From an uncultured Dehalococcoidales bacterium (GTDB taxonomy: Bacteria; Chloroflexota; Dehalococcoidia; GIF9; AB-539-J10): 45,977 bases of DNA. The DNA lies in NCBI GenBank assembly GCA_964625765.1, contig CAZVCS010000001.1:1-45977 (forward strand). Direction: 5' to 3'. Below, one piece after another: positions 1 through 8,676 of this stretch; position 1 is the first letter of the stretch, and each line of letters begins with the position of its first letter. The notes beneath the pieces were generated by a model. That model had not been told where the DNA came from and searched no databases. It saw nothing but the letters and a program-made list of their open reading frames with translations. Made by a program: the position numbers and the translations under genes.

Positions 1-70
1 AACTCCGACGGTACACTTTATCACTGGGCAACGTACTTGTCAAAGGACGACGATGGAACATGTACAACGT

Positions 71-100
71 TTGCACCCGCGTCTGCTTTCCTGCTATAGT
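71..100 (+). promoter_or_regulatory. Candidate sigma-70-type promoter upstream of nusA (TTGCAC-18 nt-TATAGT)
   Basis: TTGCAC at 71-76 and TATAGT at 95-100, with an 18-nt spacer. No plus-strand ORF precedes nusA in the window. Confidence 0.35.
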
Positions 101-126
101 AGGACAGTTCCTCTGAATACGTGTGC

Positions 127-152
127 AAAGAGTGGGCTCGACCCACTTTTTT
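127..152 (+). terminator. Terminator-like hairpin plus T-tract in the nusA leader (possible attenuator)
   Basis: AGTGGG (131-136) pairs with CCCACT (142-147) around the loop CTCGA. It is followed by TTTTTT, and an upstream AAAG can extend the pairing. It lies about 38 nt upstream of the nusA ATG at 190. Confidence 0.4.
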
Positions 153-189
153 GTTGCTGGCGCAGACGGAGAGACAGAAGGTACAGCGT

Positions 190-1653
190 ATGAAGACGGA
201 GTTTATGGCGGCCATCACCCAGCTCTCCTCCGAGCGCAACCTGCCGAGGGAGGTGATTCTCGAGGCACTTGAGGCTGCGCTCGTTTCCGCGTACAAGAAG
301 GAAGTCTTCACCGCCGAGCAGGATGTCATCGTCAGGATCGATACCGCGTCCGGTGACATCCACGTGTACCTGGCGAAGACGGTGACAGAAACGGTGTCCG
401 ACCCGGAACGGGAGATCTCGCCCGCCGACGCCCGCCGGATACGCAGAGATGCCGCGATTGGAGACGTGCTCGAGATCGAGTCCACGCCGAGCGGGGCGGG
501 ACGCATCGCCGCCCAGATAGCGCGCCAGGTCGTGCTGCAGCGTCTGCGCGAGGCGGAGCACCATGCGACCTTCGAGCAGTTCGTGGGCAAGGAAGGCGAG
601 GTTGTCACCGGCACGGTCCAGTTTGCCCAGCCGAATGCCGTCTACGTGAACATAGGCCGGCGCGAGGCCATACTGCCCTCGATAGAGCAGTTGCCTAACG
701 AGCGATACCATGCCGGTCAGCAGCTCAAGTTCTACCTGCTGCAGACCAGTCAGGAAGGCCGCGGGCCGCGGGTCACGCTCTCCCGCTCCCATCCGAACCT
801 CGTGCGGCGGCTCTTTGAGATAGAGATCCCGGAAGTCCACTCCGGCGTGGTCGAAATACGGGCGGTAGCCCGCGACCCCGGACACCGGAGCAAGGTGGCC
901 GTCTCCAGTCGGCAGGAATCAGTTGAACCCGTTGGCTCCTGTCTGGGCCCCCGAGGCATCCGCCTGCAGAGCGTGGTCAATCATCTCAATGGCGAGAAGA
1001 TCGATGTGGTTGAGTGGCATACCGATCCTCGCGTTTTCATCGCCAATGCGTTGAGCCCGGCCCAGGTAGCACGCATCGACCTCGACGAGAGCGTCAGAAC
1101 CGCAACGGTGATTGTGCCGGACAAGCAACTGTCGCTGGCCATCGGACGAGGGGGCCAGAACGCCCGTCTCGCTGCGAAGCTGACCGGCTGGAGAATCGAC
1201 ATCAAGAGCACCTCAGCGGTGGAGGCCGAACTCGGCGAGCCCGTCGTCCCGGTCACACCGCCGCCCGAGGCGCCTTCGGAGGTAGCGGACCTCCAGACGT
1301 CGGCAGTGCCGGAAGCCATCGAGGTGGTCGCGCCGGAGCCGCAACCGGTCGCAGCAACCCCGGCCACCGTCCCCGTGGAGACGTCCGCAGCGGCACCGGA
1401 AGAGAAGGGGGAAGCGGAGGTCGTCGAGGAGGCGGAGGAGCCCGCAGTGGAGGAGCTCGTCGAAGGCAAGACGCTGGAACAGTTGCTTGCCAGTGAGGTC
1501 TTCCGGTTCGACGAGGACTCAGGGAAGGGCGAATCGGTGCTTCGCTTCGCGGAAGACATCCTCCCGGGTGCGCGCCGGGGTGGCAAGAGCGACAAGCCGA
1601 AGGCGAAGAAGAAGAAGCGCCGCTCGTATGGTGACGAGACAGACGACGTCTAA
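190..1653 (+). CDS. nusA: Transcription termination/antitermination factor NusA, with a Pro/Ala/Glu-rich C-terminal extension and a basic tail
   Basis: The ORF-track protein from MKTEFMAAITQLSSERNLPREVILEALEAAL has the NusA N-terminal, S1 and KH domains (LSLAIGRGGQNARLAAKLTGWRIDIKS). I chose the ATG at 190 over the GTG at 121. Context is nusA-ylxR-infB-rbfA. Confidence 0.95.
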   Translation: MKTEFMAAITQLSSERNLPREVILEALEAALVSAYKKEVFTAEQDVIVRIDTASGDIHVYLAKTVTETVSDPEREISPADARRIRRDAAIGDVLEIESTPSGAGRIAAQIARQVVLQRLREAEHHATFEQFVGKEGEVVTGTVQFAQPNAVYVNIGRREAILPSIEQLPNERYHAGQQLKFYLLQTSQEGRGPRVTLSRSHPNLVRRLFEIEIPEVHSGVVEIRAVARDPGHRSKVAVSSRQESVEPVGSCLGPRGIRLQSVVNHLNGEKIDVVEWHTDPRVFIANALSPAQVARIDLDESVRTATVIVPDKQLSLAIGRGGQNARLAAKLTGWRIDIKSTSAVEAELGEPVVPVTPPPEAPSEVADLQTSAVPEAIEVVAPEPQPVAATPATVPVETSAAAPEEKGEAEVVEEAEEPAVEELVEGKTLEQLLASEVFRFDEDSGKGESVLRFAEDILPGARRGGKSDKPKAKKKKRRSYGDETDDV

Positions 1654-1951
1654 GCACGCTCCGCAGCGCACGTGCGTCGCCTGCGGCGCCCGCAGGGACA
1701 AGCGATCGCTCGTGCGCATCGAAGTCAGCGCTGACGGTGTGCTCAGCATAGGTGGAGCGACACGTCAGCAGGCCAGGGGCGCGTACCTCTGCCCGCTCAG
1801 GGCATGCTGGGAGAAAGGGTTGAAGGGCTCCCGGCTCGAACGTGCGCTGCGCACGTGCCTCACCGACGAGAATCGGGCGGCTCTGCTACAATACTCAAGC
1901 ACGCTTCAGGAGTCCGAAACGTATGGCAAGAACGACGCCGAACAGGAATAG
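1628..1951 (+). CDS. ylxR: YlxR/DUF448 family RNA-binding protein (RnpM-like)
   Basis: The PQRTCVACGARRDKRSLVRI ... GRGAYLC motif is typical of YlxR. The ATG at 1628 overlaps the nusA 3' end, and the 3' end overlaps the infB start. This is the canonical position between nusA and infB. Confidence 0.85.
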   Translation: MVTRQTTSKHAPQRTCVACGARRDKRSLVRIEVSADGVLSIGGATRQQARGAYLCPLRACWEKGLKGSRLERALRTCLTDENRAALLQYSSTLQESETYGKNDAEQE

Positions 1952-3764
1952 ACCACCCGTAAGGGCAAGGAGGCCCGCCCCCCCACAACCCCGGCCGGAT
2001 GCACGACCGGAGGTTGCGGCGCCGCGTCCAACGATGAGTGGGCGCCCGGCTGCGGTCCCTCAGGTCGAGCTCGGCGGCGCGTCCATGACGGTGAAGCAGC
2101 TCTCTGAGGTGCTGCAGGTCGACGTGGCGCGCGCAGTGAAGCAGATCATGCGGCGCGGCATCATGGCCAGCGTGAACGACGTCATCGATTTCGAGACTGC
2201 CGTCCGTGTCGCGCAGGATCTCGGTTTTCAGGTTGTCCGCAGGAAGCAGCCGGCGACGACAGCGACGAAGAAGACTCGTGAAGGAGAGTCCCTCTCCGCC
2301 CGGCCGCCCGTGGTGACTGTCATGGGACACGTAGACCACGGCAAGACAACACTGCTGGACACCATTCGGAAGACGAACGTGACCGCCCGCGAGGCGGGCG
2401 CCATCACCCAACACATCGGCGCGTACCAGAGCGTCCTGGGCGGTCGCGCGCTCACCTTCCTCGACACGCCGGGCCACAAGGCATTCACCGCCATGCGCGC
2501 AAGGGGCGCTCGCGCTACCGACATAGTGGTTCTGGTCGTTGCAGCAGACGACGGCATCATGCCTCAGACGCGTGAAGCCATCGATCATGCCAAGGCCGCC
2601 GGTGTGCCCATCGTCGTCGCCATCAACAAGATAGACAAGCCTGAGGCCAATCTCGACCGCGTGAAGCAGCAACTCGTGGAAGCCGGCCTCGTGATCGAGG
2701 AGTGGGGAGGCGAAGTGGTCTGTGTGCCGCTGTCCGCGAAGACAGGCAAGGGCGTTCCGGAGTTGCTCGAGAACCTCTTTCTGGTCGCCGACATCATGGA
2801 CCTGAAGTCCGACCCCACGGGTCGTGCGGAGGGAGTGGTCATCGAGTCCCGGCTCGACAAGACCCGGGGGCCGCTGGCCACACTGCTCGTACAGCGTGGC
2901 ACGCTCGTTCCGAGCGATACGGTCGTTGCCGGAGGCGCCTGGGGCAAGGTGAAGGCGATGCTCAACGACCTGGGTCAGAGAGTTGCGGCTGCGGGCCCCT
3001 CGACACCGGTCGAAGTGCTCGGCCTGGCGGGTGAGCCGTTCAAGGTTGTTGCGGAAGAGAAGGAAGCCCGCGCCCTGGCAGAGCAGCGTCTACAGAGCGC
3101 CGCTCCGTCTCAGATGAGTCTCAGCGCGCTCTCGAGCCAGATCGGCGAAGGCAAGATCAAAGAGCTCAGCATCGTTCTGAAGACGGATGTCCAGGGCAGC
3201 ATCGAACCTATACGCTCAAGCATCGAGCGACTCGGTACCGAGGAAGTCAAGCCGAGAGTGGTGGTGGCCGCGAGCGGCGCCATCACGGAGAACGACGTTC
3301 TCCTCGCCGCCGCGCACCAGGGCATCGTTATCGGTTTCAACGCGAAGACGGCTCCGGGAGCGGAGCAGGTGGCCGAGCAGGTCGGCGTGAGCATCCAGCA
3401 CTACGACATCATCTACCGGCTCGAGGAGGACATCGACGCGGCGCTGAAGGGCATGCTCAAGCCGACGTACGTCGAGACACTCGCGGGTCGAGCCGAGGTG
3501 CGCGCCATCTTCCCGAGCGGCAAGCAGACGAAGATCGCCGGCGTATTCGTCAGAGACGGACGCATCTGGCGGGGCGCCTACAGAGTGCGCGTCGTTCGCG
3601 CCGGAGAGGTTGTGAGCGAGCCCCAGATCACAAGCCTGAGGCGATTCAAGGACAGCGTCAACGAGGTAGCTGCGGGCCTGGAATGCGGCATCGGCCTTGA
3701 GCCGTTCGGCGACACGCAGGTGGGCGACATCATCGAGCTCTACCGCAGAGAGAAGTCCACGTAG
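1923..3764 (+). CDS. infB: Translation initiation factor IF-2
   Basis: GTPase motifs [19 protein letters not shown] and NKID are present. The basic, Pro-rich N-terminus is typical. An AGGAG sits about 9 nt upstream of the ATG at 1923. Confidence 0.95.
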   Translation: MARTTPNRNRPPVRARRPAPPQPRPDARPEVAAPRPTMSGRPAAVPQVELGGASMTVKQLSEVLQVDVARAVKQIMRRGIMASVNDVIDFETAVRVAQDLGFQVVRRKQPATTATKKTREGESLSARPPVVTVMGHVDHGKTTLLDTIRKTNVTAREAGAITQHIGAYQSVLGGRALTFLDTPGHKAFTAMRARGARATDIVVLVVAADDGIMPQTREAIDHAKAAGVPIVVAINKIDKPEANLDRVKQQLVEAGLVIEEWGGEVVCVPLSAKTGKGVPELLENLFLVADIMDLKSDPTGRAEGVVIESRLDKTRGPLATLLVQRGTLVPSDTVVAGGAWGKVKAMLNDLGQRVAAAGPSTPVEVLGLAGEPFKVVAEEKEARALAEQRLQSAAPSQMSLSALSSQIGEGKIKELSIVLKTDVQGSIEPIRSSIERLGTEEVKPRVVVAASGAITENDVLLAAAHQGIVIGFNAKTAPGAEQVAEQVGVSIQHYDIIYRLEEDIDAALKGMLKPTYVETLAGRAEVRAIFPSGKQTKIAGVFVRDGRIWRGAYRVRVVRAGEVVSEPQITSLRRFKDSVNEVAAGLECGIGLEPFGDTQVGDIIELYRREKST

Positions 3765-3817
3765 TCCCGCGCTTTCCTTGTCCCCAAACCAGCGGGGCAG
3801 CCGAGAAGGGCAATGAC

Positions 3818-4165
3818 GTGTCCAGAAGAACGGAACGCCTGAACCGAGCCATTCAGCAGGAGATCAGCCTTCTGCTGGAGAAGGGGATCAACGACCCCCG
3901 TCTTGCCAGCCTCATCTCCATCACGGCGGTGTCGATCAGCGACGACCTCCGCCACGTTCGTGTTTCGGTGAGTGTGATGGGAGATGAGGCTAGCCGCGAG
4001 CAGGCTCTGGCAGGGTTCAGGGCGGCCTCCGGCTTCATCCGCAAGACCGTAGCCTCGAACCTCAGGATGCGCCACGCGCCCGAGTTCGAGTTCGCGTACG
4101 ACAGCTCCATCGAACAGGCGGCAGCCGTTCTGAAGCTCATCGAGCAGGTTTCCGGCAATCCCTAG
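3818..4165 (+). CDS. rbfA: Ribosome-binding factor A
   Basis: RLNRAIQQEISLLL..INDPRL and ASGFIRKTVA..LRMRHAPEFEF match the RbfA pattern. It has a GTG start and follows infB. Confidence 0.9.
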   Translation: MSRRTERLNRAIQQEISLLLEKGINDPRLASLISITAVSISDDLRHVRVSVSVMGDEASREQALAGFRAASGFIRKTVASNLRMRHAPEFEFAYDSSIEQAAAVLKLIEQVSGNP

Positions 4166-4175
4166 AGCCCCGGAA

Positions 4176-5603
4176 TCACTCGATTCCGCACAGACGTTGA
4201 GCCGCCTTCTGCTTTGCTCCGAGGTTGACCTGCCGCGCGATCATGATGCGCTGCGCCTGAGGAGAGCCGGCTCCGTGCATCGACTCCGGCAAATAGCACG
4301 CAGCGCCGGAACCGACCGTGAGGCTCTCGATGAGCCGCAACACGCGCATTCGTTTCTCGGCGGGCACGTCAGCGACTCCCTTCATGTACTTGTCGACGAA
4401 CTTGCCGACCAGTGGATGGCGATAGTCCTTCTCGGACGGCACCGTCACAACGACTCCTCCGGCTATCTCCTGTGCCATACGCGCAAGCTCGTACGGGACC
4501 CGCGTCACGTGGAGTTTGGTGATGTTGGCCATGAGGGGATTGACGTAGTACGTACCTGACGGCTCAGCGGCGCCCTCGTAGGCACAGGCGAGGCTGCAGC
4601 AGAAGATGGTCTCGTTGAGATGGTTCATCTCGACGATCTTGTCCTTGACGTGAGGTGCGTCTGCGATGCCGTTGTACTCCGCGATGGTCTGGGTCGCGCC
4701 GATGATGACATCCCCCATGCCGGCCTTGCAGGCGTAGCTCTGGCGGTGATATGAGGCGAACTTCTCGACCAGCACGCCGGCGAACTCGTGCTCGCGGCAC
4801 ATGAAGACGCGCTCCCAGGGCACGAACACATCGTCAAAGACGACCAGACATTCGTGTCCACCGTAGTGGAGATTGCCGACGTCGTATGTCTTGCCTTCGA
4901 GCTTGCGGGTGTCGCTCGGCTGACGGCCGTAGATGTAGATGATGCCCTTCGTATCGCTCGGAACCGCGAACGAGACGGCGTAGTCCCGGTCCTCCTCTCG
5001 CATTGCGCGAGTCGGGACCACGATGATCTCATGTGAGTTGAGGGCTCCCGTCTGGTGCAGCTTGGCCCCCCGGACGACGATGCCCTTCTCGTCCGTGCGG
5101 ACGATGTGGGTGTACATGTCCGGGTCGGCCTGTTCAGCCGGCCTCAGGCGCCGGTCGCCCTTCGCGTCAGTCATGGCGGCATCGCACACGAGGTCTTCGT
5201 CCTGCACGTAACGGAGGAACTTCAGGAATCTCTCGTTGTAGTGCGTGCCGTGCTTGCGGTCGATGTCGTAGGTCACGACGGAGAGCGTGTTGAGAGCATC
5301 CATGCCGGCGCAACGCTGGAAACAGGTGCCGGTGTACGCACCCATCAGCCTCTCCATCTTGGACTTCTTGACGAGATCACCGGTGCTCTGGTGAATGTGC
5401 GTGAAGCGGTTGATGCGCTTGCCGGACAGGTGCGAAGTGGCCGTCATGATATCGCCCTGAGCAAGTTCGTACGTGGCTGCAACAGCGTTCATCGACGGGA
5501 CAACGACAGGGTGGTCGACGACGTTCGTCAGCCGCTCGCCAAACATGTACACCTCGAGGTTGAGGCGCCGAAGGCTATCGATGTACTCCTGTCGTGTCTT
5601 CAT
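4176..5603 (-). CDS. abfD: 4-hydroxybutyryl-CoA dehydratase / vinylacetyl-CoA delta-isomerase (AbfD family)
   Basis: Similarity to my recollection of Clostridium aminobutyricum AbfD runs end to end (YIDSLRRLNLEVYMFGE, AMTDAKGDR, RGAKLHQTG, ESMHGAGSPQAQRIMIARQ). Putative Fe-S ligands CFQRC and YHRQSYAC are present. A GGAGG lies 9 nt upstream of the ATG. Confidence 0.85.
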   Translation of the reverse strand: MKTRQEYIDSLRRLNLEVYMFGERLTNVVDHPVVVPSMNAVAATYELAQGDIMTATSHLSGKRINRFTHIHQSTGDLVKKSKMERLMGAYTGTCFQRCAGMDALNTLSVVTYDIDRKHGTHYNERFLKFLRYVQDEDLVCDAAMTDAKGDRRLRPAEQADPDMYTHIVRTDEKGIVVRGAKLHQTGALNSHEIIVVPTRAMREEDRDYAVSFAVPSDTKGIIYIYGRQPSDTRKLEGKTYDVGNLHYGGHECLVVFDDVFVPWERVFMCREHEFAGVLVEKFASYHRQSYACKAGMGDVIIGATQTIAEYNGIADAPHVKDKIVEMNHLNETIFCCSLACAYEGAAEPSGTYYVNPLMANITKLHVTRVPYELARMAQEIAGGVVVTVPSEKDYRHPLVGKFVDKYMKGVADVPAEKRMRVLRLIESLTVGSGAACYLPESMHGAGSPQAQRIMIARQVNLGAKQKAAQRLCGIE

Positions 5604-5678
5604 GATGCTATGCCTCCATTTGATATCGAGTGGTCGGCTTCAGTCACACTAGCGAGCGAAAGGGCAGGTGTTGCACAA

Positions 5679-5721
5679 GCCCCCTTCGGGGCAGAGTGTT
5701 CAACTGCCGACCGAAGGGGGC
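5679..5721. other. Intergenic GC-rich inverted repeat between the acyl-CoA dehydrogenase stop and the abfD start
   Basis: GCCCCCTTCGG (5679-5689) is the reverse complement of CCGAAGGGGGC (5711-5721). An inner GCAG/CTGC pair (5691-5694 / 5704-5707) is also present. The left arm can alternatively fold on itself as GCCCC-cttc-GGGGC. Confidence 0.35.
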
Positions 5722-5742
5722 ACAAGTGCTCTTGAACAACGC

Positions 5743-6885
5743 CTAGCGCAGCAGGTCCCGCGCGATGACCATGCGCTGGACCTCGGAGGTTCCCTCGTAT
5801 ATCTGCGTCAGCTTGGCGTCGCGGAAGTAGCGCTGCATCGGAGAATCCATCATGTATCCATAGCCGCCGAATATCTGAATGCCCTTGACGGCGATGTCCA
5901 TGCATGCATCCGTCGCGACCAGCTTGGCCATTGCAGCCGCCTTAACGGCGTTGCCGCCCTCGTCCATGATCTTCGCCGCCTTGTACATGAGCAGGCGGGC
6001 GGTCTCGACCTGGCAGGCCATGTCGACCAGCATCCACTGGATGGCCTGGTTCTCAGCGATGGGCTTGCCGAACTGCTTCCTCTCCTTGGCGTACTCGATG
6101 GAGCGGTCCAGCACCGCCTGAGCGATGCCGACAGCCTGGCAGGCGATGCCGATGCGCCCCTCGTCCAGGGTGCCGAGGCAGATCTTCATGCCTTTGCCCT
6201 CATCCCCCAGCCGGTTGGCGGCAGGAACCCGCACGTTGTCGAAGACGAGCTCCGCGTTGGTCGCGCCCTTCATGCCCACCTTCTGGTACTGCGGGCCTCG
6301 GCTGAAGCCCGGCATCGTTGCCTCAACAATGAAGGCGGTCATGCCGCGAGGCGCCAGCTCGGGAATGCCGGCGAACACCACGATCGTGTCGCACGCCGGT
6401 CCGTTCGTGATGAAGAGCTTGGAGCCGTTGATGATGTAGTCACTGCCGTCGCGCACCGCAGTCGTCTTGATATTGGCGATGTCGCTGCCCGCTTCGGCCT
6501 CGGTGATGGCGAACGCTCCGACCTTCTCGCCGGCGCAGAGCGGTGGGAGGTACTTCTTCTTCTGCTCTTCGGTGCCGTAGAGCAGTATCGGGCGCATGCA
6601 GAGGCTGATGTGGGCGTCAACGATGTCGCACGTAGAGGCGCACGCCCTGGCGAGTTCCTCCATGACGATGGAGAGCGACATGATGTCGCCCCCGCTGCCG
6701 CCATACTCGGCAGGAATGGCTAGACTGGTGAAGCCCACCGCGGCCAGCTTCTTGAAATTGTCCATGGCGAAGACTTCGGCCTTATCGACCGCATCCGCCA
6801 CGGGCTCAATCTCGTTCTTCGCGAACTCGCGCGCCGTCGCCTGAAGCATCTGCTCCGCTTCGGTCAGATGGAAGTCCATGTGCAT
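5743..6885 (-). CDS. Acyl-CoA dehydrogenase (short-chain / butyryl-CoA dehydrogenase-like)
   Basis: Typical ACAD length and motifs (FAITEAEAGSD, GTLDEGRIGIA, QIFGGYGY, YEGTSEVQRMVIAR). An AAGGAGG lies upstream of the ATG at 6885. Confidence 0.9.
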   Translation of the reverse strand: MHMDFHLTEAEQMLQATAREFAKNEIEPVADAVDKAEVFAMDNFKKLAAVGFTSLAIPAEYGGSGGDIMSLSIVMEELARACASTCDIVDAHISLCMRPILLYGTEEQKKKYLPPLCAGEKVGAFAITEAEAGSDIANIKTTAVRDGSDYIINGSKLFITNGPACDTIVVFAGIPELAPRGMTAFIVEATMPGFSRGPQYQKVGMKGATNAELVFDNVRVPAANRLGDEGKGMKICLGTLDEGRIGIACQAVGIAQAVLDRSIEYAKERKQFGKPIAENQAIQWMLVDMACQVETARLLMYKAAKIMDEGGNAVKAAAMAKLVATDACMDIAVKGIQIFGGYGYMMDSPMQRYFRDAKLTQIYEGTSEVQRMVIARDLLR

Positions 6886-7789
6886 TTCCTCCTTGAAGTA
6901 AGTGGGGTGCGCCAGTAAGTGTACCGGTTTCGCACTCCCGTGAAAACAGGGGTGGGCGTCTTTCGTGGAAGGAGGCGAGTCCCTCGGCGCGGTCGGCGCC
7001 GCTGCCGTAGAACGCGGCGGTCGTCTCCACCTCCATGAGCGCCAGGCGCCGCATGCGAGCGGTTGTCCCGGCTCTGAGCAGCACCTTTATGACGCGCCGG
7101 CTGTCGGCGTCGCGGCTCCGGAGCGTGCGGCAGAAGTCCAGTGTTTCTTGCAGGACGGCGTCGGGGGCAGCAATGCGGTCCGCAAGACCGCTCAGCGTGG
7201 CCTCGCGAGCCGCCACATCCTCGCCAAGCATCACCATCGCGCGTGCCCGCGCCGGGCCGACGAGCGAAAGCAACCCCCAGAGGCAGCCGACGTCATAGTA
7301 CATGCCCAGTCCGATCTCCGGAATGCGGAAGAAGGCGGTGTCGGCGACAACCCTGAAGTCGCAGCAGGTGGCGAGGCAGGCGCCCCAGCCAATGGCAGGG
7401 CCGTTGACAGCCGCAACGGTCATCTGGGGCAGGGACCGGAGCGCCCGAACGATGCTCTGGCCATGCTCCTGGTAGAGCCGCTCGTTCTGTTGCGGCGGCA
7501 GGTAGAATCCCTGCCGCCCCTCCGGGCTTATGTCGACCCCCGCACAGAAGGCGCTTCCCTCTCCCGTAAGCACCACCGCGGTTGCCCGCTCGTCCGCCCT
7601 GAGGCCGGCCAGGGCCGTGCCGAGTGCAACAAGCATCTCACGGTTCAGCGCGTTGCGGCGACGCGGCCGGTTCAGCGAAAGTACCGCAACCTCGCCGTGC
7701 CGCCACTGCAGCACGGGGCTGTCGCCTGAAGTCCGGTCATCACTGCCGGGCCGCGTTGACGGGCCCACGCAGGAATCCACGCGTTCCAT
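6806..7789 (-). CDS. Enoyl-CoA hydratase/isomerase (crotonase) superfamily protein, paralog 1, atypical active site
   Basis: Crotonase-fold motifs are LNRPRRRNALN, FCAGVDI, AAVNGPAIGWG and FRIPEIGLG. The position of the first canonical catalytic Glu (GGGCELA) reads GWGACLA. The last ~80 nt overlap the downstream dehydrogenase. The exact start is uncertain. Confidence 0.8.
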   Translation of the reverse strand: MERVDSCVGPSTRPGSDDRTSGDSPVLQWRHGEVAVLSLNRPRRRNALNREMLVALGTALAGLRADERATAVVLTGEGSAFCAGVDISPEGRQGFYLPPQQNERLYQEHGQSIVRALRSLPQMTVAAVNGPAIGWGACLATCCDFRVVADTAFFRIPEIGLGMYYDVGCLWGLLSLVGPARARAMVMLGEDVAAREATLSGLADRIAAPDAVLQETLDFCRTLRSRDADSRRVIKVLLRAGTTARMRRLALMEVETTAAFYGSGADRAEGLASFHERRPPLFSRECETGTLTGAPHLLQGGNAHGLPSDRSGADASGDGARVREERD

Positions 7790-7794
7790 GCGGC

Positions 7795-8622
7795 TCAGTC
7801 CGTCTCTTGCCTGAACCGCGGCTGACGCTTCTCCCTGTACGCACCCATGCCCTCATCGGCATCGCCGGTGGCAGTGTAGAAGGCCTGCACGAGCTCCGGC
7901 TCCATGGCAGCCAGGTCGGCGAACTGCGCGACCGTGGCGGCATTGATCATCCGCTTGACGAGTCGCAGTGCAGTCGGGCCTTTGGTCGACAGCTTTTCCA
8001 CGAGACGCGATGCCGCCGTCATGAGCTGGTCGGGGGCAACCACATCATGCACCAGTCCGATGTTCCGGGCCTCCTGCGCAGGAATCCGGTCGCACGTCAT
8101 GATCATCCTCCTGGCATGCGCCGGACCGATGAGGCTCAGCAGCGGATACAGGCAGCTCACGGAGTAGCCGATTCCGATGGCCGTCTCAGGGATACTGCAA
8201 TACGCGCCCTCTGCGATGAGGCGGAAGTCGCAACAGGAGACGAGCCCCAGGCCGAGACCGACACACGGCCCGTTGATAGCCGCGATGGTCACCTGGTGCA
8301 GATTGGTCCAGTTTCGGACGACGTTCTGTCCGTTCTCCTGGAAGACCCTCTCGTTCGGCTGGCGTGCATCGTACCACGCCTCCCGGGCCTCTTTGGTGAC
8401 GTCGATACCGGCGCAGAACGCCCTACCGGCGCCCGTGATGATGACGAAACGCCTCCGCAAGTCGAGGCGGAGGTCATCGACGATATCGCTGAACTCGTAC
8501 AGCATCTCGATGTTGAACGCATTCAGCTTCTCCGGGCGGTTGAGCGTAATCGTTGCTGTCTCCCCCGCCTTCTCAAGAGTGAAGTAGCGATACGTGGCTG
8601 CCAAGAACTCCTCCTTCTGCAA
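7795..8622 (-). CDS. Enoyl-CoA hydratase/isomerase (crotonase) superfamily protein, paralog 2, atypical active site
   Basis: Motifs LNRPEKLNAFN, FCAGIDV, AAINGPCVGLG and SIPETAIGIG are present. It shares NER(L/V)(Y/F)QE.GQ and CCDFR with paralog 1. The start at 8622 is TTG. An alternative TTG at 8604 lies 5 nt after an AAGGAGG and may be the true start. Confidence 0.8.
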   Translation of the reverse strand: MQKEEFLAATYRYFTLEKAGETATITLNRPEKLNAFNIEMLYEFSDIVDDLRLDLRRRFVIITGAGRAFCAGIDVTKEAREAWYDARQPNERVFQENGQNVVRNWTNLHQVTIAAINGPCVGLGLGLVSCCDFRLIAEGAYCSIPETAIGIGYSVSCLYPLLSLIGPAHARRMIMTCDRIPAQEARNIGLVHDVVAPDQLMTAASRLVEKLSTKGPTALRLVKRMINAATVAQFADLAAMEPELVQAFYTATGDADEGMGAYREKRQPRFRQETD

Positions 8623-8676
8623 CTGACTGCTGAGCGCCGGACACGATGGAGCCGGCGCGGCTCTGCAACTGCTTCG

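Noticed and set aside
121-189. N-terminal extensions from the longest-ORF starts. Examples: nusA at 121, ylxR at 1487, infB at 1842, dapA at 13674, the transporter at 41377, Memo at 45122, the C_GCAxxG protein at 9315, and the small ORF at 25709.
   Set aside because: The extensions are Arg/Gly/Pro-rich and overlap upstream genes or promoters. Each internal start that I chose coincides with an SD, a stop/start overlap or the family N-terminus.
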